From Octopus vulgaris (taxonomy: Eukaryota), in contig OX597814.1 in NCBI GenBank assembly GCA_951406725.2, positions 140,802,001 through 140,866,000 on the forward strand: a DNA stretch of 64,000 nucleotides, given 5' to 3'. The position numbers and the translations under genes are program-made. This document shows, in pieces, positions 1 through 11,604 of this stretch; positions within the stretch are counted from its first letter, which is position 1, and each line of letters begins with the position of its first letter. The notes under the pieces are model-generated. The model was not told where the DNA came from. It was given only the letters and a program-made list of their open reading frames with translations, and ran no database searches.

Positions 1-138
1 AAAGAACTTCCCTCGTCATACAATCGCTTTCTTAGTCTCTTTCGCTCTCATTACTTCAAAAGTTCCCGCAAGCCCATATGTAAAAAAAAATTTTTTACGG
101 AAATCGACGGAAAGGTCTACTAGAGACGAAAGATTGCC
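1..138 (-). mobile_element. Partial copy (running off the window start) of the GGCAATC-TIR MITE found at 5903-6314
   Basis: 1-138 is nearly the exact reverse complement of 5903-6043 and ends in GAAAGATTGCC. Confidence 0.85.
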
Positions 139-404
139 AACGAATTTTTAGATTAATTTATTTTTCGTTTGAATAATAGAAAAAGGTTTAAAAAAAAGAT
201 CCCATGTACCATGGTGAGAGAAACAAATTCATAAATTCGGTGTTGAATATGGTTTCACTATAGAAAAAAGTTAAGGGCGAGTTAGCTGTTGTTTTTAGCA
301 CATCTCACGACCATCTGATACCTTCTTTGTTTAATATTTTCGGTTATTTACTGTAAGTTCTCCCGGTCACCAATAAGCAGGTTAACAAGCCGAATAGGGG
401 TAGA

Positions 405-525
405 AAGAGATGTATTGAATATTTTACAATATAAGCCTAATGGCAGTAGGAAGAGCTGTATTGAATGTTTTACAGTATTGAAAATGCGCAATCGCAAGAG
501 GAGCTGTAGCGAATGTTTTACAGGT
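405..525. repeat. Three degenerate ~47-bp tandem units downstream of the Merlin relic
   Basis: Core AAGAGMTGTATTGAATRTTTTACA recurs at about 405, 451 and 498. Confidence 0.6.
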
Positions 526-544
526 GTTATTAGTGAACGACATC

Positions 545-836
545 AAGAATCAGTATAGTCTTCCGTGTCACCAGGAACCTTGGTGACACGGAATCTTGCA
601 GCCACCAAAAGAAACTTAGAGACGGCTCATATGAAAAGTAACCGAGCGACGTACTGCTTCAGGTTGCCAGGCCTAATTCCGGGTCGAATAATGCACTTCT
701 TGAGGCTTCCCAATAAACGCTCAATATTTTGCATGTCAATAGATGGGTTAAAGGAGTCAACAAAATGTCCACTATGGTTAACCTGATGGTGCGATTTTGG
801 CACTAATCTATGGAGAGCCTCGGGGGTCCCAGCATA
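545..836 (-). pseudogene. Merlin (IS1595/ISXO2-like DDE) transposase C-terminal relic
   Basis: Manual minus-strand translation 800->627 gives PKSHHQVNHSGHFVDSFNPSIDMQNIERLLGSLKKCIIRPGIRPGNLKQYVARLLFI*. This matches the family signature HxxVNHSxxFVD...TQxIExxW...LxxY. Premature stop at 629-627. Confidence 0.8.
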
Positions 837-1651
837 CCGAATTTGATGGTTTGAAAAGGCGCATGGTCATATTATATTAGGCGCACCCCAAATTCAGCAG
901 TGCATGTTCAGGAAGAACGTTTTTAATATATTAAAGCTTACAGGTGACTCAATTTCGCATATAAGATGCGGGAGCATCTTTGAGACAATGTTTGGGGTGA
1001 AGAGGAGGGAGATTATATGGCATCAAATACAGCATATATGGAATTTGAAAGTTTTGGGGTGATCTTTTATTTCGTGTGTGGTATAATGGCGGATAACAAA
1101 GAGAAAGGAAAACAACTAACCCAGCAAACTGAGGTCTCCATTTCGTGTGAAATATCGCCCACAACTTGTTTGTATAAATGACACCAAGTAAACTCAAAAG
1201 ATTTTGTCTAGAGCTCCATGTATCGTATGATATCCACTTTCAATTAAATCTTTGTCCCCTTTATTGTTTGTGTGTAATGTTGCATTGTTGGGATCTATGG
1301 CATGAAGATTGGTTTACCGTGTCATAATTTATCAGTTGATTTCATTTTACTATCTTGCTGCCAAGATTGCCGGCTGTTGTTGGAATATTTCTAATATGTT
1401 CAGTGAACGAAACATTCTATTGGGGAATGAAACTAGGTTGTCACCGTCCATCACTTAAATATAATCATACAAACTGAGTTATTTCTACACAAATTACGAC
1501 TTTAACCTGAGATAATCTTTGATTCTGAGCGTGTGTTAATAGTTACGGAAACAAATTACAATCTGATTATATCATGATACTGAAAGAAAAATATTAAGAA
1601 AATCATACCTCGTTTTGTGGGTGTTTGGTACTGACTCAGGATTGTCAGTTT

Positions 1652-1795
1652 GAATTCAGGTAAAAAAAGGTCACGGCAATAAAGTCAGGGATTTTATCTT
1701 GGGGGTTGTCCGGATCCCATAAATTAATTGTGACTCCCCCACCTGACTTTATTACTGGCCACCATAAATTAATTGTGACTTTATTACCGGTCACC
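1652..1795. mobile_element. Foldback/MULE-like modular terminal arm (AAAAAGTCAC units); a possible partner arm lies at 9354-9446
   Basis: GAATTCAGGTAAAAAAAGGTCACGG... resembles the reverse complement of 9354-9446 (GAATCCAACGCAAAAAGTCACTG...). No TSD found. Confidence 0.4.
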
Positions 1796-2397
1796 ATCAA
1801 TTTAATGCTTCTCACACTAAATTTAGTGCCTTTTCAGCGCAAAAATTCATCGATTTAAGTACTCGCGTACTTAATTCGATGACTGATTTTAATGCTTTTT
1901 ATTATAATTTATGACCCAAGTCAGTGCCTTTCTATTAAAGTAAAATCGGAACTTAATTCGGAATTTTCTGTCCATTATTCAGGCACAAAAATTTTGCGAC
2001 AAGAAAAAAAACAAACTATTTTCTACTCTTTTAAAAACAAATCTGAAGTTCAGAGTTGACAAAAAGTTTGAAGTGGAAACAAAAGGCCCCACTACATTAT
2101 TGAATGATCTTCAGTATCTCATTGATTCGCTCTGTTCAATAATTATATTGTCAGGAAAGAAGCTAAATGAAAATAATTCAGTGCAAGATTATTTAGATCC
2201 GAAGCCATCCATAAATTGGTTATCAATTTGAGGAAATTCCAATATACATTTTTATTTACTGAGCAACAAAATGAAGTAAGAGGCGGATACATAAAATTTG
2301 TTGAAATTTCGGAGTAAAATAAATAGATAATTCCTAATAATTTTCGTCTTTTACAATCAACGAGTAAAAGTTTTAGTGTAACAGAATGGTTGAAACC

Positions 2398-4412
2398 GGT
2401 ACTTGTCTATTGTCGTGGTCCCGGTTTCGCACACGCGAATTCGCGCGCGCGCGCCAGACGTAGATACTCGATACTCAAGATCCTACGAGGTGACTTGCGC
2501 AGTGCAGAATTCGCGCATGCGCGTTAAACCCCCCCCCCCTAAAAAAAAGGTGTTGGATTTCACTAAAAATATATATGTGTGTGTGTATATATAACATTTT
2601 CAATTTTACACAAAAAAATTACATAGTCGCTTTCCTCGCGGATTTACAGATAAATGAATTAATTACTATTTTACAGAATAAAATTAATGAATTAATTATA
2701 TAAATTAAATAATTCTTGAAAATTAATTAATATTAATAATATTTTTTGAACAAAAATGAACAACTTTGAATTACGCGGCGGCGGTGGTGGTGTAAGGTTC
2801 TAATTTTTTTTTCTGATCTCTCTTTGCCCCCTCTTTATCTCAGTTGTTCATTCCGCTAATATTTAGAAAAATTTTCGCGCCCAATTTTTGTTGTCGCGAG
2901 AAAAGATGAACGATTTAAAATAAATATATCTTAATTGTAGTGTGAGAAAGTATATATATTCTGATGACAAAATATATTATCTTTCAAAAACATCCCAAAT
3001 TTATAGACTATATTGTGTAGGTTTAAGAAATATATATATATATATATATAGATATATATATATATACATATATAGTAGAGAATGAAACATCTTTCATCTG
3101 TCTCCCCACCACACCTCCATCTAGGGGGCAAAGAGAGATCAGAAAAAAAAATTAGAACCTCACACCACCACCACCACCACCGCCGCCGCGTAATTCAAAG
3201 TTGTTCATTTTGATATGGCTCAAGAGGCATTATGGACTTTTAAATGGAGATTGAGAAAAATTGTTTCAATTAGAAAAGCAACATTTCTAGAAAATAGTAA
3301 ATTGAAGTGTGAACACAGCACCTTACAGAGTATAAGTATATGACATTTATTTTTAAAATTTAACTTCATTTGTTTTATATTCTAAATAATTTGCAATTTC
3401 AAAAAATATATTAATTTTGCGTTTTTTAATTTGATAAATTCTACGGAATAATTTTGCGCGTTTTTTGATAAATTCTACGGAAAGAATTTAGTGCGAAAAA
3501 TTTATACATTTATACACAAAGACCTGTTGAGGCAAGCGAAGTTGATATCGAACCTCATCCCACGACAGGCACCCATGCCAACCCCCTTTGCTTGCGATGA
3601 CATGTTGGGGCAAGTGTGGCACCCGGCAAATGCAGGGACCCCTGGACTGGTGGTACGTAAAAAGCACTATCCGAATCGTGGCCGATGCCAGAGCCGCCTC
3701 GACTGGCACCAATCCGACCGTGGCCGTTGCCAGCCTCGCCTGGCACCTGTGCGGGTGGCATGTAAAAAGCACCCACTACACTCTCGGAGTGGTTGGCGTT
3801 AGGAAGGGCATCCAGCTGTAGAAACATTGCCAGATAAGACTGGAGTCTGGTGCAGCCTTCTGGCTTCCCAGATCCCCGGTCGAACCGTCCAACCCATGCT
3901 GGCATGGAGAACGGACGTTAAACGATGATGATGAGAAGAAATTAATTCACTAAGTTTACCAAATTATATACGTCTGTAAAAAAAAAAAAGTTTCACAAAT
4001 TATATACGTTCGCGTTTGTGTAAAAAAAATTATTAACCAAGTTTTATAAATTATTTACTTTGTTCAAAAAATATTATTAATATTAATTAATTTTCAAGAA
4101 TTATTTAATTTATATAATTAATTCATTAATTTTATTCTGTAAAATAGTAATTAATTCATTTATCTGTAAATCCGCGAGGAAAGCGACTATGTAATTTTTT
4201 TGTGTAAAATTGAAAATGTTATATATACACACATATATATTTTTAGTGAAATCCAACACCTTTTTTTTTAGGGGGGTTAACGCGCATGCGCGAATTCTGC
4301 ACTGCGCATGCGCAAGTCACCTCGTAGGATCTCGAGTATCGAGTACCTACGTCTGGCGCGCGCGCGCGAATTCGCGTATGCAAAACTGGGACCACGACAA
4401 TAGACAAGTACC
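2398..4412. mobile_element. Non-autonomous DNA transposon with ~355-bp TIRs and 9-bp TSD (Merlin- or Mutator-like)
   Basis: TIRs 2398-2754 and ~4059-4412 (GGTACTTGTCTATTGTCG...CGACAATAGACAAGTACC). Perfect TSD GTTGAAACC at 2389-2397 and 4413-4421. Confidence 0.92.
3521..3935 (+). mobile_element. Cephalopod SINE-like retroposon with (GAT)n tail (family C), nested in the long-TIR element
   Basis: GTGGTTGGCGTTAGGAAGGGCATCCAGC...CCAACCCATGCTGGCATGG...GATGATGATG; homologous copies at 29856, 42686, 57040, 62412 and 63612. Confidence 0.8.
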
Positions 4413-4772
4413 GTTGAAACCAATAAAACCTGGAATTATAAACCTTGCCAAGCATTTTAAAGAAGATTCAGACATTCTGACAAAAAATTAAATTTTCACT
4501 GGAAAATGTTTTTTTATTATATGATGGACACAGGTTTTAGAGTTTCTTTCTGGATTGAAGTATCATCATTTAAGGATTGAACTGGGGGAAATCCATTTGA
4601 ACATTTGTCTAAGTTAACTTTAGAACTTCTTATTTTTCCACTTGTAAATGCTGACAAATGTAGACAGAATATTTAGCCACACGAATTTTATGAAATCAAA
4701 TGAACGTAACCGTCTAAGCAGAAAAGATTTGAAATTTTGAACATCAAATATGAATTTAACCAAAGTTGTAAA

Positions 4773-4916
4773 TTTTATTGTATCTGGGGAGAGTCATTCT
4801 CTTTTAGTGCCTTATTAGTTAAAAATAAATATGTAAATGAGTGGAAATCGAACCGGAGAGTGTGTTAAGTAATAAGGCACTAAAAGAAAATTACTCTCTC
4901 CAGACACAATAAAATA
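4773..4916. mobile_element. Short hairpin MITE
   Basis: TTTTATTGTATCTGGGGAGAGTCATTCTCTTTTAGTGCCTTATT pairs with AATAAGGCACTAAAAGAAAATTACTCTCTCCAGACACAATAAAA. Confidence 0.65.
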
Positions 4917-5611
4917 TGCTTCAACACACGAATTCATATAAAGAATCTTGCAAATCAAATACAAAAACGAAGTTTTTTAACCCCCCTCAATTTTTTTAAA
5001 ATTTGAAATTTTCAGAAAATCTTTGCGAATTTGTACTCTAAACACGGGAATTCAAACGATTATGCAAAAAATTCTTTAATGGGTGGTGGGAGTGATTTAA
5101 GGCCTATTTAGCACATATCTCACGACCAAGATACAAACAACAGAACACAGCGTCAACATACGTGACATCGCGTAGAATATATTTGTCAATACACATGTTT
5201 TCTCGCTGACAAAAGATTTCTCATGTTTGGCTTGTTACTATGGAAACAGGCACGAATTTGTTGCTTACGGTTGGCTAAAATTACCCAAAATTTTCAAACT
5301 TTAATTGGTAATAACTCTTTATTGATTTATAGCGAAAATGATTTTCACGTCATTCATTAGCCTATAAAAGTATATCATTACACTGAATATGAAATCAGTT
5401 CGAACATTAATTGATGCTGGCAGCCAAACCAACTAGATCCAAAAATTATGTTAAAAGCTATCACTCGTCTTATTTTATTAATCAAACTTGTGTATAACAA
5501 AATTTTGAATTACCCGCTTTTCAAGACACTCAAAATTTAATACATATTTTCTAAAACAGGCTCTCATACTCTCCATCGTACCCATTTGTTATGCTGTACA
5601 ATTTTTAAAAC

Positions 5612-5758
5612 ATCAATGCAGTACCAAATGCTTCAGTTGGTTGCACGCCGCAAAGTTCAACGGAACCTATTGAAGCAAGCCAACACACTCGCAACATTAT
5701 CACGGGCCATGGCGAGGCTAAAGCGTTGGAAAAGCCAAGCACCCACAAGAGCATCACA
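5612..5758 (-). mobile_element. 3' end of a CRE-like (RLE-type) non-LTR retrotransposon ORF, copy 1
   Basis: 5758->5657 translates as CDALVGAWLFQRFSLAMARDNVASVLACFNRFR*, the FQRLSxAxxRGNA terminal motif; homologous to 11840-12011. Confidence 0.65.
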
Positions 5759-5902
5759 CATGGGTATACCTACACAAAAGCCCCTCGCCCGTGACTTTCC
5801 TACAAATACCGGCGAACCTTCGGTATATGTACCGGATACATTTCAAGAAAGTGTTTTTTTTATATATGGGGGGTTAGGGTTAGGGGTGGGAGAAAAGGGT
5901 TT

Positions 5903-6314
5903 GGCAATCTTTCGTCTCTAGTAGACCTTTCCGTCGATTTCCGTAAAAAAAATTTTTTTTACATATGGGCTTGCGGGAACTTTTGAAGTAATGAGAGCGA
6001 AAGAGACTAAGAGAAAGCGATTGTATGACGAGGGAAGTTCTTTTGAAGTTACCGTGCATGGGAAGCATTGATGTACATGTGTGTGTGTGTTTGATGGGGT
6101 GTGGGAGACAGTATGTTGTATAAGTGAAGTGCTTCTGTTAGTATGTGTGAAGAGACAGAGTAATGTGTGAAAGAAAGAGATAACTGAAATTTTTTATTCG
6201 GTGTATGTGTATATGTATGTATATTACTTCAAAAGTTCCCGCAAGCCCATATGTAAAAAAAAAAATTTTTTTACGGAAATCGACGGAAAGGTCTACTAGA
6301 GACGAAAGATCGCC
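5903..6314. mobile_element. MITE with GGCAATCTTTCG TIRs (~90 bp), Merlin-like
   Basis: TIRs 5903-5992 and 6223-6314; 8-bp TSD AAGGGTTT/ATGGGTTT (1 mismatch). Confidence 0.85.
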
Positions 6315-6587
6315 ATGGGTTTCTGTGATCTTCAGAAATGTAAACAAAGTCACGTGTGTACATATACCGAAGCATCGCCCAAATACCTTTCAGACTGTAA
6401 ATTATAATTATATCGGACTTTAATGTGAAAATAAAGATAAAAATAATAATAATGGTGTGTGCGCGCATATACCATATTGACTTGCATAACAAATTTTTCA
6501 AGATTTCAAGTTTCATTTTGTTGATATATAATGTGATGTGTGTGTATGCGCAGCCACCAATTTTTTCTCTCATTAATTTCCAATATA

Positions 6588-6672
6588 ATCGTAATGCACA
6601 CTGTCTGAAAGGTATTTGTAGAAAATTTCATTAAGAAATATTCATTTCCTGTAAGTTCTGAGGAAACAAAGT
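6588..6672 (+). repeat. Dispersed module CTGAAAGGTATTTGTAGAAAATTTCATT...GAGGAAACAAAGT (possibly Kolobok-like non-autonomous element)
   Basis: Copies at about 6588-6672, 11570-11757 (split by a MITE) and 12197-12281. The last is preceded by a TTAAAGGGAATT terminus at about 12165. Confidence 0.5.
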
Positions 6673-8275
6673 GAGGAGTGAGTGCACACTTGTGCAAGCA
6701 TCTCAAAATTTCTACTGACTCTGCTGGATGCTCAGTACTGACTTATTACACCCTAGAATATAAATGTATTACAGTAAGCGTGACTAGTTTACAGGTCATG
6801 TAAAAAAATGACTGGTGCAATTGCGAGGAAAATTATTTCAAAAATATTTACCTATTCGAAAATTAAGAAAAATAATATTAAAAAAACAATTTCTTTTCCT
6901 GTTTTATTGATCAAACTTGTGCATGACAAAATTTTGAATAACCCGTTTTTCAAGACACTCAAGCATTAATATACGGGTTTTCTAAAACCGGATCTCACTC
7001 AGACGTTTTTCTCGAGTATAGGGGTGGGTGGCTGGGGCACAACGAGTAATATTTACTGCGCTTTTGACTTTTGAGAAAAAAATTTTTTTTTACACATGTT
7101 CACTACTTTACAAAAAGTTTATCAGCAAAGCAACTAACCTTCTCTAACTACATTAAAAACACTACAACATATTCAGAACACTATTTCAGAAAATTATCTC
7201 CGTTCTCTTTGAACATGTAAAAGACAAATTTATCTGGGGCAAAATAAGTAAGACAAGATTAGTTAAATTGCCTCTTCAATTCTCCAGAATTACATTTGAA
7301 AAAAGACTCATACACATTAATATCCATCAAGGTCAAATGAAAGAGGTTCATGGAAAAATGACACATGATATGAAATACGATTAAATTTTAAAACTCAACA
7401 TAAAATATTCTTTATAGTTTCACAATCTGCGAGAATCTTTCATAAAGCAGCTGAGAGAAATTAATTACTCATTTTACCCCACTTTACACACCATTCTTTC
7501 AAAATTGAAAATGATTAGATATTAGGTAAAAATTGATTTGGAATCCAACAGAGAAAAAAAATATTGATTGTTAAACTCCGAAAATTATTCAGATATTTTA
7601 TTAGCAACCTCAATTACAGTCGGGTGTAAGTTGAAATACTTGCTGAAAAACAAAAAAATGACCTGTCACTTGATTATGTCTCCAACTCTCAGCAACAACA
7701 ATGCTGACTAATTTTTACTCCTGAAGATGACGCAACAGTACAGAATGATGATGCAATACTTTCCATGTAATGGTTTCAAGCAAGTAGGGAGAAAATAACG
7801 AGAAATCAAATTGTTTTGCTCCAGTTTCAAATTTTCCCCCCATCCCTACCGCCGTTCGTCATATCCGACAATATTTACCCATTCTAAAATGATTGTTCGG
7901 TACCATAAAAAAAGGTAATAAGTAGATACCAATGTTTAATTTGATATTAATTATTATATTTGGAACTCAAATTCCGCCGAGGTCAACTTTGCCTTTCATC
8001 CTTTCGCAGTCGATATAATTAGTACCAGCTGAGCAGTGGGGTCGATATAATCGATTTGTCGCCTTCCCTCAAAATTACTGGCTCTGTACCAAAATTTGAA
8101 ACCAATTATTATATTTGGAACTCAAAATTTCAAAAACAATATATTTGATTTTTTTTCTCGATAAATACTATTTACTAAGTATAATGGTGCAAAGTAATTG
8201 GTTTCCTTTACTTCAAAATTTCAGTATTTTTTACAAATGTGGTGGAATGAGATAGCACCATATTTTCTCTTGCGT

Positions 8276-8312
8276 TTGTGATTCGTGTATACCAGGGGTA
8301 CACGAATCACAA
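8276..8312. repeat. Hairpin next to a CAGGG-type (hAT-like) terminus
   Basis: TTGTGATTCGTGTA-TACCAGGGG-TACACGAATCACAA, followed by TTTGAAAACCCTG. Confidence 0.55.
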
Positions 8313-8553
8313 TTTGAAAACCCTGCTCTAAAGCCAGAAATTATATATTTTAAATTTTACAACTCACGTAGATACTTCTTGCAATGCACATGCTCGCGCG
8401 CGCATCTTTATGGTTGTGTTTGTCCACTACCATTGCATGACAACCGTAGAATAGCGGTCCAGCGAAAAGAAACCTGGTGTATAAGTATGAGACTTAAAAT
8501 AAGTACAGGGGTTGATTTTTTTAGACTAAACCCTTCAAGACGGTATCCCGGCA

Positions 8554-9056
8554 GCGAGATTTTTTTCCTACTAGAGTTCCGAACTAAAGTTATGAACTCA
8601 TTTGCATACAGCCAATCAGCTCAACTATCAAACTAATTTATGAGCGCATAACAAGTGATGGGCAATAAGATAAGGTCACTTGGGTAAGGAATGACCATGC
8701 TTTTCTCTTTTAATAACGCTTGTTGTTCTTGTTTCAACCATGGCTGCCTCTGAGTGTGTTGTTTACTTTGTGAAACAGTAAGAGGAGAGGTTTGCTAGCA
8801 CATCACCGTCTACACACATTTTTCCCATCCATATCTTTACCATATGGGGCCCTAACAAAATCCTATAATAGGTATAGATGCTAATCTAATTACTTGTCTC
8901 CTAAAATCAGGCATAACTTGGCGATCGGTCGATTTACAACACCGTTCTTGAATGCCAACCTTTGTTAACTTGATAAGGTCAAGGTGAGCTCTGATTGGCT
9001 GTATGCAAATGAGTTCGTTACTGGGGTCCGGAACTCGCGTGGGAAAAAAAATTCGC
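8554..9056. mobile_element. MITE with ~75-bp imperfect TIRs and 9-bp TSD, inserted in a SINE 3' end; TIRs carry octamer and CCAAT motifs
   Basis: TSD ATCCCGGCA/ATCCCGACA (8545-8553 and 9057-9065). ATTTGCAT at 8600 with GCCAATCAG at 8611, mirrored by CTGATTGGC at 8991 and ATGCAAAT at 9003. Confidence 0.75.
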
Positions 9057-10366
9057 ATCCCGACATAGCCGCTGTCCGAAGAATGGAACAAGTAAAAAAT
9101 GATTAAATAAAACAAAAATATTTTAAATCTGTAATTATCTGACTTGTACACAATTTAAATATGATGGCATTGCACATTTATTCAGTTTTTAAAAAAAGTA
9201 AAACTATGAAACAAAAAATGTAACCCATTTGTTGACAAGACATGACTTTTACAGATTGGCATTACATGTACTGTATATTCAGTATTTTTAATGTTGATGA
9301 CTAATACCAATTTCACAACCGAGGTTTGAAGAAACTGCCAATCTTGTGCCACAGACTTTTCCTTTGACTTTTTTCCTGCGACTTTTTCAGTGATTTTTTT
9401 GGTGACATTTTGTTTTTTCCCCCAGTGACTTTTTGCGTTGGATTCATGTCTTGAGTCATGGGCATACTACAGTCTTCGGTGGTGGAAGGCCTTTCAGGTC
9501 CAAGGGGCCAATTCTGATCTGTATATGCTATGGCTTGCTATCAATAAACACTACAGGCTCCAATGTATCGCTGTTCCTAGTGGGAAGCAGCCATAATGTT
9601 AAGTTGATTCTGACTACAAGTCTGGCTTTTACCCTCAGTTTACCTTGACTATCTCAGAAACTCTCCCATTCCTTCTTTAAGTCATGTCTTTTTGTTTTGG
9701 TAATCTTTCGTTTTATGATCACAAAATGAAAGTGGAAAATTGTCGTAAGCAATCGGTATTTAACAATTGAAATATCAAAAAAGGAAAAAAAACCTCCGTA
9801 TCGTAATATTGTAATTTGTGTATTTTTAAACTCTGGAAATAAATAAATAAACAAATTGAAAAATGCTGAAAATATTTGCTGGGGGAATTAAAAATTTGAA
9901 AAGTTTTTTTTAAATAAATTTTTCTCGGAAATGAATCTCCATTTGTTGAAAATCAAGAATCCAAAGAACTTTGTTTTTAATAAAATAAATAAATAAAAGG
10001 AAGGTAGAATGTTTTATTCGACACGTTTGTCTGGAGATTACTGAATACTATCAATAATTCTCTTTTCATTTTGTGATCCTAAAACAAATAAATACCAAGT
10101 GTTCATAAATGAAAATCAAACATGAGGAAAATAAACGGAAAACGAAATCAAAAGATGTCAGAAATTGATACACATATATAAAAAATAACACTCTCGCCAA
10201 CCCCAATAAAACTTAGGTTCTCAATAGCGTTTTATTTTCTACTAAAGTGGGTTTACAAGTGTGCCTCTCCCTCGACTTTGTTTCCTCCTAACTTCTAGAA
10301 TAATGGATATCTTTTTATGAAATTTTCTTAAAAAATTTTACAGATAGAGTAGATTACGATTATATA

Positions 10367-10743
10367 CTCTTTTTCTCTTTCTTTTACTTGTTTCAGTCAT
10401 TTGACTGCGGCCATGCTGGAGCACCGCCTTTATTCGAGCAAATCGACCCCAGGACTTATTCTTTGTAAGCCCAGTACTTATTCTATCGGTCTCTTTTGCC
10501 GAAGCGCTAAGTGACGGGGACGTAAACACACAAGCATCAGTTGTCAAGCAATGCTAGGGGGACAAACACATACATATATATATATATATATACATATATA
10601 CGACAGGCTTCTTTCAGTTTCCGTCTACCAAATCCACTCACAAGGCATTGGTCTATAGCAGAAGACACTTGCCCAAGATGTCACGCAGTGGGACTGAACC
10701 CGGAACCATGTGGTTGGTTAGTAAGCTACTTACCACACAGCCA
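10367..10743 (-). mobile_element. tRNA-derived SINE, family A
   Basis: On the minus strand: head TGGCTGTGTGGTAAGTAGC (A box) and GGTTCAGTCCC (B box), internal (TA)n, and a GACTGAAACAAGTAAAAG tail. Confidence 0.85.
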
Positions 10744-10892
10744 GGAATTCAATGTGGGAAAAAATTGGTGGGTGCGTACATAAATATTAACACATATATA
10801 TATATATATGTATCTTTAAAATGAAACTTGAACTTTTGAAACGATTACGTGATGTGTGTGCGCCCACTAATTTTTTTCGCCTTAAATTCCTG

Positions 10893-11163
10893 GGCAATCT
10901 TTCGAAGAAAGTATATGAAAAATGAAAGTATTTGCTCCGCAATTTTCGTAAAAAAAGATTATATTTCTTTAATTTTCCTTTCAGCTGTGTTTATGTATTG
11001 TGCGCGTGTTGTATGTGCATGTATATTTGTATATGTAAGTATATCTGTGTGTAATGTATGTGTATACATAAATATACATCTGCATACACATACATGCACA
11101 AATACATATACACATAAACACATACATATACTTACGTACACAAATCTATATACATACACATAA

Positions 11164-11208
<45 letters not shown>

Positions 11209-11541
11209 TATATATATATACATACATGTGTATAAACACATACAGACACAAAAAATATAAGCGATTCAGCTGGAAAAAAAAATTGAAGAAAAATACATAT
11301 ACACAGTACATAAACACATACATATACTTATATACACAAATATACACACATAAACACATATACATAAAGAGTACATAAACAACAGTTCAGCTGAAAAAAA
11401 TATAGATACACACACACAAACATATATACATGAGGAATATATAAACGGTTTAGCTGGAAAAAAATTATAGAAATAAATAATTTTACGGAAATTGCCGAAC
11501 AAATACTTTCACTACTCATATACTTTCTCCGAAAGATTGCC
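10893..11541. mobile_element. GGCAATCTTTCG-TIR MITE with microsatellite-filled interior
   Basis: Ends GGCAATCTTTCG...CGAAAGATTGCC; flanks AAATTCCTG/AAATTCGCC (degenerate TSD). Confidence 0.8.
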
Positions 11542-11604
11542 AAATTCGCCAGCGATATAATTGTGATTAATCTGCACTAACTGGGAGATATTTGTAGAAA
11601 ATTT

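Larger units (their letters stand above)
2005..4725 (+). pseudogene. hAT-family transposase relic (C-terminal half), interrupted by the 2398-4412 insertion
   Basis: Manual translation gives RVDKKFEVETKGPTTLLNDLQYLIDSLCSII..YLDPKP, IPNNFRLLQ, FSVTEWLK|PIKPGIINLAKHF (frame rejoins across the insertion) and FWIEVSSFKD*TGGNPFEHLSKLTLELLIFPLVNAD/VDRIFSHTNFMKSNERNRLS. The last resembles the hAT dimerization motif P-x-SNAxVERxFS...K...RNRL. Confidence 0.8.

Noticed and set aside
405-525. CRISPR-like repeat-spacer pattern (also 41249-41352)
   Set aside because: Repeats are degenerate and few, there are no cas genes, and the context is eukaryotic; these are ordinary tandem or subterminal repeats
5586-5921. 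Apparent paralogous protein pair with ORF 11713-12006
   Set aside because: Antisense shadow frames of a retrotransposon C-terminus encoded on the opposite strand
7200-7800. Possible Penelope GIY-YIG relic with a CTGAAGA motif at ~7721
   Set aside because: Too degraded; no continuous frame and no complete hammerhead stems could be built
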